The notes beneath the pieces were generated by a model. It was given only the letters and a program-made list of their open reading frames with translations, ran no database searches and had not been told where the DNA came from. Both the position numbers and the translations under genes were made by a program. A stretch of 64,000 bases of DNA from the human T2T-CHM13v2.0 reference genome, Homo sapiens. The number at the start of each line of letters is the position of its first letter. Position 1 is the stretch's first letter. The stretch lies in NCBI RefSeq assembly GCF_009914755.1, contig NC_060927.1; one strand, written 5' to 3'. Positions 1 through 17,780 of the stretch are shown here, piece after piece.

Positions 1-222
1 ATCATCAAGCTAAACCACATGATATGAAAATTCATTCCTGAATCCTCAGAACAAATAAACTTCTGGTTCTTTTTTCTTGGAGAGGAAAATAAGGAACGTG
101 ATGACAATATTTAAGATGAGATATCATTTTAGCTTTACATATTCTATGTTGAGAAGTCTTTTCTTTAAATATTAATTTGTCCAAACAACTTTCACCTTTT
201 CCTCTCTGTAAAATATTATTTA

Positions 223-547
<325 letters not shown>

Positions 548-1058
548 TTATCAGTTCACTATTTAAGGGATACAATATTGTGTTTTCATTTTTGGGATCA
601 TAATTTTATACATTGTTATTCAAGTTCACTAATAATTTAGAGATTTTCTGCATGTTTTAAGGGATAATATGACAGGAAGGGTGAGCTACATGTTTTGATT
701 CCATAACTTTAAAAAATTTGTTTGCTAAGGCATAGTCAAATGAACTGTAATGACACCTTATTTCCGCAGTGCTTTTCATCTGAAGATCTCAAAACATCCA
801 ACATTTTGAACACATTATTAAACCATTCTGACTGTGACAAAAGTACTATATTTTAGAAATATTTACATTTTTCCATTCTTTATCCTCCTTAGATTTGTTG
901 ATGCCTTTGGAATTTTCAAAGAAAATGTTGTTCATATTTAATAGAGAGGCAATTTGGAAAATATTTTACAATGTAACTTAGTTTCTACAGTAGCACACAA
1001 AGTATATGGGGGGATATTCTTAGCTCAACCAGTATAACAAAAAAAAGAATTAAAACTA

Positions 1059-1348
1059 CCTGTAATCCCAGCACTTTGGGAGGCCAAGGCAGGAGGATTG
1101 CTTGAGGCCAGGAGTTTGAGACCACCCTGGGACAACATAGCAAGATCTCATCTCTACAAAAAAAGAAAAAATAATAAAATAAAAATTAACTGGGCGTGGT
1201 GGAACATACCTGTAGTCCTAGCTACTCAAGAGGCTGAGCTGGGAGGATTGCTTGAGCCCAGGAGTCTGAGGTTACAGTGAACTGTGATCATCAGGTCATT
1301 GGACTTCAACCTGGGTGGCAGAGAGAGACCCTGACTCTAAAATAAAAA
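1059..1348 (+). mobile_element. Alu (AluJ-type), 5' truncated
   Basis: Begins at CCTGTAATCCCAGC; AluJ-like GGAGGATTGCTTGAG; TSD TAAAACTACCTGTA at 1051-1064 and 1349-1362. Confidence 0.92.
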
Positions 1349-1430
1349 TAAAACTACCTGTAGTATTTTGAATATCTATTATGCACCAGGCCCTATGCCA
1401 GGCATGCTACATTTGATATCTTAAAACCTT

Positions 1431-1740
<310 letters not shown>

Positions 1741-2035
1741 CCTCACAGAGTCCTTCCAGACAGATATAATTATTTTCATACCCTTAAACTACTTAAGAGC
1801 TCTAAACTGAAAAACCTGGATTGGAATCCAGCTTTCTCTAGTTACATTTTCTTTTATCACCCTGATTGCTCCACAGTTAGATGAATGTGGAGGGGAGAGT
1901 GGAAGAGGGTTTTATTCAAATTTTTCTTTGCCTCTTTCATTTATTAATCATTCCAACTATTGGTAATTTTTTAAAAAGTTAGATTCAGAAGCAAGAATCG
2001 AGAATACTGATAGATTCTTCATGACAGTTTGTCTT

Positions 2036-2634
<599 letters not shown>

Positions 2635-2841
2635 CGGTTTATATCTTCTATTGGCACAATATGAATGGTGAGATGACGTGAAGATGGTGGGTTTATTTAG
2701 GTGAGTCATGGTCCTGATGTTATAGGTTACAGCAGCATTTCCCAAAGCACACCCCATATACCACTGCTAGTCCTCAACATAACTTTAGGTTAACATTTCA
2801 ATATTTTACTAGCTATATAGATTTAACATTTTAACCGTTAC

Positions 2842-3310
<469 letters not shown>

Positions 3311-3318
3311 TTAAAAAT

Positions 3319-3444
3319 AGTGGCTTACACCTGTAATCACAGCACTTTGGGAGGCCGAGGCAAGCAGATAACATGAGGTCAGGAGTTTGAGACCAGCCTG
3401 GCCAATGTGGTGAAACTCCATCTCTACAAAAAATTTAAAAAATG
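3319..3444 (+). mobile_element. Alu left arm (interrupted by L1)
   Basis: Alu left monomer up to the A-rich linker; right arm resumes at 9670. Confidence 0.92.
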
Positions 3445-3644
3445 GGGGGGAAGCAGCCAAGATGGCCAAACAGGAACAGCTCCGGTCTACAGCTCCCAGC
3501 GTGAGTGACACAGAAGACAAGTGATTTCTGCATTTCCATCTGAGGTACCGGGTTCATCTCACTAGGGAGTGCCAGACAGTGGACGCAGGACAGTGGGTGC
3601 AGCGCACTGTGTGCGAGCTGAAGCAGGACGAGGCATTGCCTCAC

Positions 3645-3899
3645 TCAGGAAGTGCAAGGGGTCAGGGAGTTCCCTTTCCTAGTCAAAGAAAGGGGTGACA
3701 GATGGCACCTGGAAAATCGGGTCACTCCCACCCTAATACTGCGCTTTTCCGACGGGCTTAAAAAACAGTGGACCAGGAGATTATATCCCGCACCTGGCTC
3801 GGAGGGTCCTACGCCCACGGAGTCTTGTTCATTGCTAGCACAGCAGTCTGAGATGAAACTGCAAGGCGGCAATGAGGCTGGGGGAGGGGCGCCCGCCAT
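3645..3899 (-). CDS. L1 ORF0-like antisense ORF (84 aa), expression unknown
   Basis: MAGAPPPASLPPCSFISDCCASN...RVGVTRFSRC matches primate L1 ORF0; open to a stop at 3645. Confidence 0.6.
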   Translation of the reverse strand: MAGAPPPASLPPCSFISDCCASNEQDSVGVGPSEPGAGYNLLVHCFLSPSEKRSIRVGVTRFSRCHLSPLSLTRKGNSLTPCTS

Positions 3900-4482
3900 T
3901 GCCCAGGCTTGCTTAGGTAAACAAAGCAGCTGAGAAGCTCGAACTGGGTGGAGCCCACCACAGCTCAAGGAGGCCTGCCTGCCTCTGTAGGCTCCACCTC
4001 TGGGGGCAGGGCACAGACAAACAAAAAGACAGCAGTAACCTCTGCAGACTTAAATGTCCCTGTCTGACAGCTTTGAAGAGAGAAGTGGTTCTCCCAGCAC
4101 ACAACTGGAGATCTGAGAAGGGGCAGACTGCCTCCTCAAGTGGGTCCCTGACCCCTGACCCCTGAGCAGCCTAACTGGGAGGCACCCCCCAGTAGGGGCA
4201 GACTGACACCTCACACGGCCGGGTACTCCTCTGAGACAAAACTTCCAGAGGACCTATCAGACAGCAGCATTCGCGGTTCATGAAAATCCGCTGTTGTGCA
4301 GCCAACGCTGCTGTTACCCAGGCAAACAGCGTCTGGAGTGGACTTCTAGCAAACTCCAACAGACCTGCAGCTGAGGGTCCTGTCTGTTAGAAGGAAAACT
4401 AACCAACAGAAAGGACATCCACACCAAAAACCCATCTGTACATCACCATCATCAAAGACCAAAAGTAGATAAAACCACAAAG

Positions 4483-5499
4483 ATGGGGAAAAAACAGAGC
4501 AGAAAAACTGGAAACTCTAAAAAGCAGAGTGCCTCTCCTCCTCCAAAGGAACGCAGTTCCTCACCAGCAACGGAACAAAGCTGGATGGAGAAGGACTTTG
4601 TCAAGTTGAGAAAAGACGGCTTCAGACGATCAAACTACTCCGAGCTACAGGAGGAAATTCAAACCAAAGGCAATGAAGTTAAAAACTTTGAAAAAAATTG
4701 AGAAGAATGTATAACTAGAATAACCAATACAGAGAAGTGCTTAAAGGAGCTGATGGAGCTGAAAGCTAAGGCTCGAGAACTACATGAAGAATGCAGAAGC
4801 CTCAGGAGCCGATGCGATCGACTGGAAGAAAGGGTATCAGTGATGGAAGATGAAATGAATGAAATGAAGTGAGAAGGGAAGTTTAGAGAAAAAAGAATAA
4901 AAAGAAATGAACAAAGCCTCCAAGAAATATAGGACTATGTGAAAAGACCAAATCTATGTCTGATTGGTGTACCTGAAAGTGACGGGGAGAATGGAACCAA
5001 GTGGGAAAACACTCTGCAGGGTATTATCCAGGAGAACTTCCCCAATCTAGCAAGGCAGGCCAACATTCAGATTCAGGAAATACAGAGAACGCCACAAAGA
5101 TACACCTCGAGAAGAGCAACTCCAAGACACATAATTGTCAGATTCACCAAAGTTGAAATGAAGGAAAAAATGTTAAGGGCAGCCAGAGAGAAAGGTCGGG
5201 TTACCCACAAAGGGAAGCCCATCAGACTAACAGCGGATCTCTCGGCAGAAACTCTACAAGCCAGAAGAGAGTGGGGGCCAATATTCAACATTCTTAAAGA
5301 AAAGAATTTTCAACCCAGAATTTCATATCCAGCCAAACTAAGCTTCATAAGTGAAGGAGAAATAAAATACTTTACAGACAAGCAAATGCTGAGAGATTTT
5401 GTCACCACCAGGCCTGCCCTAAAAGACCTCCTGAAGGAAGCGCTAAACATGGAAAGGAACAACCAGTACCAGCCGCTGCAAAATCATGCCAAATTGTAA
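4483..5499 (+). pseudogene. L1 ORF1p, disrupted
   Basis: MGKKQSRK...YPAKLS...NHAKL in one frame with in-frame stops at 4699-4701, 4870-4872 and 4930-4932. Confidence 0.95.
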
Positions 5500-5562
5500 A
5501 GACCATAGCAGCTAAGAAGAAACTGCATCAACTAATGAGCAAAATAACCAGCTAATATCAAA

Positions 5563-9387
<3,825 letters not shown>

Positions 9388-9576
9388 ACAATGAGAACAC
9401 ATGGACACAGGAAGGGGAACATGACACTCTGGGGACTGTTGTGGGTTGGGGGGAGGGGGGAGGGATAGCATTAGGAGATATACCTAATGCTAAATGATGA
9501 GTTAATGGGTGTAGCACACCAGCATTGCACATGTATACATATGTAACTAACCTGCACATTGTGCACATGTACCCTA

Positions 9577-9820
<244 letters not shown>

Positions 9821-9821
<1 letters not shown>

Positions 9822-9924
9822 GAAGGATTATTTTTTTTTAAAAAAGAGTCCTTCAAAACCACAATGTGATACCAGTCAGAATGGCTACTATTAAAAATTT
9901 AAAATAACAGATACTGGCAAGGTT
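9821..9924. repeat. Inverted duplication arm A, part 2 (pairs with 10856-10978)
   Basis: TTCAAAACCACAATGTGATA...AAGGTT matches the reverse complement of 10856-10978. Confidence 0.88.
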
Positions 9925-10208
9925 ATATCATTTATAAATGGTATTACTTGCTGTAATGCCAATATATGTAATGCCATGGACTGAGTCTGGTTACTTATGC
10001 TGACCTATGAATGGATCGAAGTGTCAATAATTAAAATGTCTGCCTTGGATGTAAGGAAACTGTGAATATACAAATGACCACTATAGTTTCTCATAATATT
10101 GAATTTTCTGTCTTATCATCATGTATTTCTTAGTGATACATCAATTCAGCACTTCTAGAAGTCAAATGTACATATACATTATCATGAACTATAATCCAGG
10201 TTGGACTC

Positions 10209-10938
10209 TTTTTTTAATTTAACTTTTAAGTTCAAGGATACACATGCAAGTTTGTTATATAGGTAAACTTGTGTCATGGGGGGTTTGTTGTACAGATTAT
10301 TTTGCAACCCAGGTATTAAGACATTAGTTATTTTTCCTGATCCTTTCTCTCCTCCCACCCTTCACCCTCCACCCTCCTATAGGCCCCAGTGTTGTTGTTC
10401 TCCTCTATGTGTCGATGTATTCTCGTCATTTAGCTCCTACCTATAAGTGAGAATATGTGGTGTTTGGTTTTCTGTTCCTGTGTTAGTTTGCTAAGGATAA
10501 TGGCCTCCAGCTCCAACCACATTCCTGCAAAGGACACAATTGTTCTTTTTTATGGCTGCATGGTATTCTATGGTGTATATATACCACATTTTCTTTATCC
10601 AGTCTACCACCGATCAGCACTTAAGTTGATTCTATGTCTTTGCTATTGTGAATAGTGCTGCAGTGAACATACACGTGCATGTGTCTTTACAACAGAACGA
10701 TTTATATTTCTTTGGGTGTATGCCCTCTAATGGGATTGCTAGGTGAAATGGTATTTCTGTTTTTGGGCCTTTGATGAATTGTCACACTGTCTTTTACAAT
10801 GGTTGAATTAATTTACAGTCCCACCAACAGTGTATAAGCATTCCTTTTTCTCTGCAACCTTGTCAGCATTTGTTATTTTTTGACTTTTTAATAATAGCCA
10901 TTCTGATTGGTGTGAGGTGGTATCACATTGTGGTTTTG
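10209..10938 (-). mobile_element. 5'-truncated older primate L1 (L1PA13-16-like) 3' end
   Basis: Poly-T followed by reverse L1 3'UTR and ORF2 C-terminus. Confidence 0.88.
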
Positions 10939-11100
10939 AAGAACCCTTTTTTTTAAAAAAAAAAAAAAAATTGATTCTATTATGATTAAGAGGTTTAAAA
11001 AATTTCTGGACATAATAGAAGAGATTTATAAAAATATGAGCACTAGTGTTGATCATAGCAAAACTTAATTAATGACTGAATCACCTGTTTGTGTTATAAA
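10856..11100. repeat. Inverted duplication arm B
   Basis: Reverse complement matches 3187-3310 joined to 9821-9924. Confidence 0.9.
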
Positions 11101-11725
11101 ATGCAAGCTTCAACAAAAATAACATTACACAAAAATGACAAAAATAGTTTGAAATTTGCAATTTACTTGCCAGCTGAGAGTAAACCTATTTCATTGTAGG
11201 TTGTGTCTCAAAATACTGGTGTCATTTGACACATACAAAGAACATTATGAGAAACTTATTAAAATTTCTGAGGCAAAGTAGAAGAACATTCAGGCATCCT
11301 AGGAACTAACATGTGTGTAATACGGATAAGAATACAAAAGCTGGAGAAACCTTCCCTATGTTGTTGTAAAATAATTGATGAAACACATATAATCCTACAG
11401 GCAAATAAATGCAAAAGCAGTGACTGGGGACAAAGCAAGCAAAATGATTGATAAAGTGCCTCTGTCAAATAAGAGTCTATTTTGGAATTGCAGCTATGAA
11501 CAGAAAGTAAAGGACCAATTATTATTCAGAGAATGACAAAGTCAATAAAATTCTCTGAAAACTGATGAATCTACCAGTATTGTACAGTAAGAAAATCTTT
11601 TGTAATTGTCTGACATGATCTGAGTAAAGTGATGTATAAAAAATTTTTCTCAGCCAAATTGTACATTTGAAGTAATATTTTGTAAATGTATTGATTATTT
11701 CAGGTAATCAATAGCAATGATAAGA
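11060..11725 (+). mobile_element. Decayed hAT/Charlie-type transposase fragment
   Basis: Translated remnants PVCVIKC (BED-like), KVPLSN (11453-11470) and SLKTDESTSI (11552-11581; cf. xLQLDESTDI), the last two in the same frame. Confidence 0.6.
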
Positions 11726-11733
11726 AGTGATAT

Positions 11734-12176
11734 TGAGGCAGGAAATAAGCTCTGCATACAGGGAACCTAAAGAATTCCTAGAACTAAATTAAACTGAAAA
11801 ACCCCAACCTTCTAAACCCAAGTATTAATAAAGAGCTTTGTAACTTCACTTCAGCTACGGTAGCAAACATCCTCTTCATTTGCATAGGACGTACACCAAG
11901 TAAATAACTTTGTAACTTCACTTCATCCTCTTCATTTACATAGGGCATACACCAAGTAACCAATGGGAAATCTCTAAAGGGTATTTAAACCCTAGAAAAT
12001 TCTCTAACCAGTGCTCTTGAGCCGCTTGCTCAAGCCGGCTCCCACCCTGTGGAGTGTGCTTTTGTTTTCAATAAATCTCTGTTTTTGTTACTTCATTCTT
12101 TCCTTGCTTTGTTTGTGTGTTTTGTCCAATTCTTTGTTCAAAATGCCAAGAACCAGGACACCTGCCACCGGTAACA
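11734..12176 (+). mobile_element. ERV1 solo LTR (MER51/MER4-group-like)
   Basis: TG...CA ends, 4-bp flanks ATAT/ATAC, CCAAT, TATTTAA, AATAAA, typical 3' end GGACACC..CCACCGGTAACA. Confidence 0.82.
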
Positions 12177-12179
12177 ATA

Positions 12180-12660
12180 CGACCAGGAATTCCACTCTGA
12201 GGTATCCACCCACAAGACCTGGAAGTATGTCCACACAAAGATTTGTACCCAAATGTTCCTAGCAGCATTATTCATAATATTCTGAAATTGTAAACAATCC
12301 AACATCCATCAACCTGAGAATGGATAAACTAAATGTGATCCTCATACAATGAAATACTATTGAGCAACAAAAAGGAACAAAATGTTGGTATTTGCTACAA
12401 AATGGCTGGACCTCAAATACATTATGAAAACTGAAAGAAACCAAATGCAAAAGAGTACACATTGTATGATTCCATTCATATGAAATGCTCAAGAAAAAGA
12501 CAAATGTGTAGAGACAGAAAGCAGATCAGAGGTTTTCTGGAAATAAAGGTGGCAGAAAGGATTGATTTCAGATAGCCTGAAGAGAAGTTAAGAGGAGGGG
12601 GTGATGGAAATGTTCTAAAACTGTATCGTAGTGATGGTTCAAAAACTAACAACTCTATAA
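12180..12660 (+). mobile_element. Old L1M 3' fragment
   Basis: Degenerate L1 ORF2 end/3'UTR motifs. Confidence 0.7.
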
Positions 12661-12926
12661 ATAAAGTTGCCCCAATGGAGTATCACAATCCCTAGCCAGG
12701 TCTTTGACTCAACCATCTACTGAAGGAATGAGCAGGTCCCCATGAGGAAGTAGTCGAGACACAACGGTAGTAATTAACCAGTTCTTCCCTAAAGGAATCT
12801 GATTATTTATTCAGGTAAGTGTCCATGGGAGAAGGGGAAAACCCAGATCTTAGGATGGTTGTTGAATACAGAGTCTGAGTCAGCTCTTATACCTGATACC
12901 AGCACGGAAATGTATAATTTGTGGAT

Positions 12927-13095
12927 CAATGGTCCTCAAACTTTAACATTCATTGAATCACACAAAAAAGAGCTTGTTAAAACAAATTCCTGAGCTCCTC
13001 GCCAACAAAGAGATTCTGATTCAGCACAATTCTGAATTTCTAACAAGCTCCCAGGTGATGAAGACAATGAAGGTCCACAGACCACACTTTGGATG
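12927..13095. mobile_element. MER5A-like hAT MITE
   Basis: GATTCTGATTCAG, TTTCTAACAAGCTCCCAGGTGATG, GACCACACTTTG motifs. Confidence 0.7.
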
Positions 13096-13168
13096 GTGCT
13101 TGTCTACATGATATCCATATGGGAACCTCCATTTAACCCACTCATATTCCAAGACAACTTCTCTCTTA

Positions 13169-13483
<315 letters not shown>

Positions 13484-15029
13484 TTACAGGACATGCGTAT
13501 GAATCCTAAAATTACACACAAATAAAAACATAACTCAGTAATGATATTCACATCAATGTACAAAGAAATTACATCACTACCTGCATTTAGTCAAGGATAA
13601 TAATTCCTTTCACTCCTTAAATTTGTCTCAATTTTTTAGTTCAATCATTGGAACTCATTTTGTCTTGTAATTAAGAAAGATTATCAATTGTTTCCAATGA
13701 AATAGATGAATAAACACAATGCATTAATTTTTATTAATAACTATTATGATCCACTAGCAAAAGCATATGTTACATGGAAGACAGCTTGTTTAAATGAAAC
13801 CGAGTCCCACAAAAAATATCCTACCATCTATAAAATCAGATAATCACAGATCTATTATGATGATGGTTAAGAACAAAAATAAGCAACGTTTTTTAAATAC
13901 TGAATTAAACTCTAATCTAAGCAAACAACACACTGCAAAACTCTACCTAAAATGGGCAGGAGAATCTCACCACAACTTGACATTGCTTTCAAATATTGTC
14001 AAACAAGTATATGTTGCCTTTGTTCCCTGCCTTCATTTTTATTGTATGAAACTTCATATTGATATCATCAATTAAAATCCAACATTTCCTCCCAAGCACT
14101 GCCACTCAATAAAATCAGGAATGTGACCGCATGAGGGTAATTGCTGAACTATTGTTTTAAAAATAACATCTGTATGTGTGTACTTTGAGCTGAAATACGT
14201 CAGCTCCATTGCCAGAAGTTGATATTATTATAGCATATTTCAGAAATGTAGCAGCTTTCAAAATAATTTTTAAAAGCATTTTACTTTTATTACAGGAACT
14301 TCAGAGCATGCACGTGAGCTCGACAAAGCTATGCTTCCCAATGACATATCATTTTTCAACATACTGTTGTTGTTACATTTACACCACTCAGAAGACTGGG
14401 GGAAGTACCTGTTTCTCTCGGTCTTCTGTGTCCCTCTCTCTAGTAAACAAGATAATACCTGCCTCCTTGCTGAAATATTATGAAGCTACAGGAGCTAACA
14501 CTATCATACAATTTCTGCCTAAAATTTTGTTTATAAATGTGCTAATAATAAGGAGAGAAGCTTTGAATACAACATCAGTGCTGCAAATTTCCATGAAAGC
14601 TCATTTTGGTACCACTCTAATTGGGCTGAGTGGGTGAGTGAGTCACTCCTCTTCAGTGCATTCCTGGGTAGTCTTAGGATGCTGGTGTAGACCAGAAGAA
14701 GCACTGCTGCCTAGAGAGTGTAGCCAACTCAACCAGACTTCCCACCCACTACCAGACTTGGCCTGACATCCAAGAGCCTCTTATAAGAAGTGAAGACCCC
14801 TAGAAAGAAGCCATTTCTGAATATTTTCTTATCTCCCAACATTTCCATAAACTAACAAAACAAGGAAGAAACTCTTGAGCATGTTGCTGTTTGTCCACTG
14901 CTCACGTAAGATATAAATACACGACTCTCTAAAACAGCGCCTACTGTTAGCAGCCTTTTATACTTATTTTTGTTTTGTTTTTAAATAGGCAACTAATTGT
15001 ATTATCCAGAAAACATAACTCAAATCCAT

Positions 15030-15540
15030 TTGAGTGTTACTTCAACATTCCTGTCTCAGTAATAGGACAAGTAGACAGAAAATGAGTATGCATGTAGTGG
15101 AACTGACCAACACCATCAATCAAGTAGACCTAATAGACATTTTTGGAACATTTCGCCTAAAAAGAGCAGAATACGCTTTCTAGTCAGCTGTACAAAGAAC
15201 ATTCACAGAGATAGGCCACATATAGGGCCATAGATAGGTCTCAATAAAATTAAAAAGATAGAAATCAGACAGACCGTGTTCTTTGACAACAATGCAATTT
15301 TACAAGTCAATCACAAAAAATATGTGGAAATCACCAAATATGTGGAAATTAACACAATTCTAAACAATCCATGGGTCAAAACAAAAGTATTGCAGGGAAA
15401 ATTAGAAAATATTTTGAACTGAATGAAAATTATACATGCTGCCTATCCTTGATGGGATATAGTGTCCAAAGGAAAAAATATTGTTGTAAATGCCTTATAT
15501 AAGCACATAGATAGAATTAAAAATCCAAAATTAATGGCCT
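15030..15540 (+). mobile_element. Old L1M ORF2 endonuclease-region fragment
   Basis: Degenerate GACCTAATAGACATTT...GCAGAATAC...AATCCATGGGTCAAA. Confidence 0.72.
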
Positions 15541-17134
15541 ATGCTTTTTATTTTCAGAAAGAGAAAAAAAGGAAAAGCAAAGGGAAAGAAATGTATTTGA
15601 GTGAAAGGGTATTTCCTGAAGAACCTGGGTTATGCCCCCAAATTGAAGAAAGAACAACAGGAACGAGGGCCCCTGTGGGGACAGCGCCAGAAACAAGAAT
15701 TCAAACATTGTCAGCCCTGTCTGCTTTGTCTCTCTCTGTTTGCCCTATTTTATTCATCACCGCATAATGCCACTGCTCTCAGTTTTTTCATGTGGCAGGG
15801 AACATCCCACATTTTCACAGCTCCTGAACACATAGAAAAGACACATTTTCTCTCCCAGCTTCTGATTAGAACTCCCTAGAGAAGGATGCTGGCCAACCTG
15901 CTCTAGACCCCTGGCTGCCCCTGGCCAGGCCACAGAAACCACTGTGATTGGCTCAGTCTGGCTGGTTATCTACTTCTGTGACCAGGGCATTGGGTGTGTG
16001 ATTATGGGATTGTCTGCCCCTGGCAAAACCACAGGGCACTTCCCCCAAAGGAGCAGAGTGGCAGGGTACAGCAACAGAACCACAATCATTTTGGCTTCGG
16101 AATAGCTCTCTTTGCTATCAGCCCCAGGAAAGTTATTTATCCCATTCATAAATGAGAAAACATAATAAAACACAAATTAAGACACACACACAGTGGAAAT
16201 AGATGGAGTCAAATCATATTCGTGACATTCAAACAATATCACTTTTGAAGATTTTAATAAATATACCTTCCTTAGCAATCTGTTACTGATATAGTTAGAT
16301 TTTCAGAAATTTTGTTTTAGGAAAAATTGAGAATTTCAGACCTTAAAATGGATTAATCAAATACTCACTTTTGGAGGGGTCAGGGAAGATAGGAGAAAAT
16401 TTCCAATACATTGTTCAGCAGTCTGGGGACGTGTTAGTCAATATCTGTAGTGACTCAGAATACAGAAGTGAGGTGGTGTTTTGAGTATGCTTTATCTCTG
16501 TGCACAATGGTTCCCCTTCTTACAGGTTCTGTTTCCAGAGAACAGGAAATATTCTGTGCTTTCTAGATTAACTCACACTTCCAGGTAGGACTTGGTATCT
16601 GAATTGAATATATCCCAGCTGAGCAGTCTACAGCGAACTCTGATGCTGTCATTGGTTGTGTTTTGTTTTGTTTTCAGTAAAAGAAACTTACTTAGCTGAG
16701 TTCAGGTCTCTGACAAATGATCAGTAGCTATTTGGAAGTGCCTAATGGTCTAACATCTAAAACTTTGTATTATGCATAAAATTTTTATTTTTACTTAACT
16801 GGGTGGTTCAATGGGACAGATAAAAATTGAGACATCATTATGAGCCAGGAAAAATATTTACTTTTTTTTCTGTGTATTTCTTGCAATCTAAATGAGATCA
16901 AGTTATTTATGAGAAAAGAGAAATCCTAATAGGAACCAAAGGCAAAGCTTATTCAAAAACACTCCAGGCTTTAGAAAATTAAGTCAAATTAGATGAATTA
17001 TTAAACTTCATGCATGCAAAAGTAAAAAAGCAAATATTAAATAAAAGTGTCTTAACTAATTGAGTATAAACCAGGTTGAAACCAAATTTTAGGGAAAGGC
17101 TTTGATTTGATGTAATCATAAACAGTCATGTAAT

Positions 17135-17227
17135 CAAAGTATCACCAAAAGCTCACAAATCACCACTATAGAACTTATTCATGTAACCAAACACCACCTG
17201 TACCCCAATAACCTATGGAAAAAAAAG
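17135..17227 (+). mobile_element. Short L1PB-like 3' end
   Basis: CACCACTATAGAACTTATTCATGTAACCAAACACCACCTGTACCCC...A tail. Confidence 0.75.
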
Positions 17228-17589
17228 CTGAATTCCGTAAATTTACATATACTTGAGTTTTTTAATAAGAATAATGCTACTTGTCTAGCCCAGGGTTAAT
17301 ACAGATATTTTTCTCCCTAACATAAATTAGAATAATTTGATAACATTTGGGTTTTATGAATAATACAGAGATGAAACCACCTCACATAATTTAGTATTAA
17401 ATCACTTAATCCATAAACATTTGTACCTGATTTCTCATAGGAAGGTAATGATTCAAAATAACCTCTCAGGCAAAGTTAAAACTGTTATTTTGGAAGCATA
17501 GGGATATTCTGATGATGAGCCATAGTCAGATAATATACAGGGGTCTGGGATACTAAATTCTGTTCTTGTATTTTAGAAAGGCCAGAACA

Positions 17590-17780
17590 GGAAGCAGTGT
17601 GATGTAAAGGAAATAACACTCAACTAGGAGATAAGACGTTTGGACTTTGATGCCTTCTACAACCAAATAGTCAGATGACCTTGGATGAGCCACTTAAATG
17701 CTTTGTGACATAGTTACTTCTGTAAAATAAGAAGGTTTGAGAGATGATCTCAAAGTCCATTCCAGCTCTGTAATTCCACG
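17590..17780 (+). mobile_element. MIR
   Basis: Core-SINE-like GACCTTGGATGAGCCACTTAA...CTGTAAAATAAG. Confidence 0.6.

Noticed and set aside
11836-11962. Internal direct repeat CTTTGTAACTTCACTTCA...ACACCAAGTAA as a novel or CRISPR-like repeat
   Set aside because: Two copies only, inside an ERV1 LTR where such U3 duplications are usual
14209-14637. 142-aa ORF
   Set aside because: Starts at TTG, composition of random AT-rich DNA, no recognisable domain
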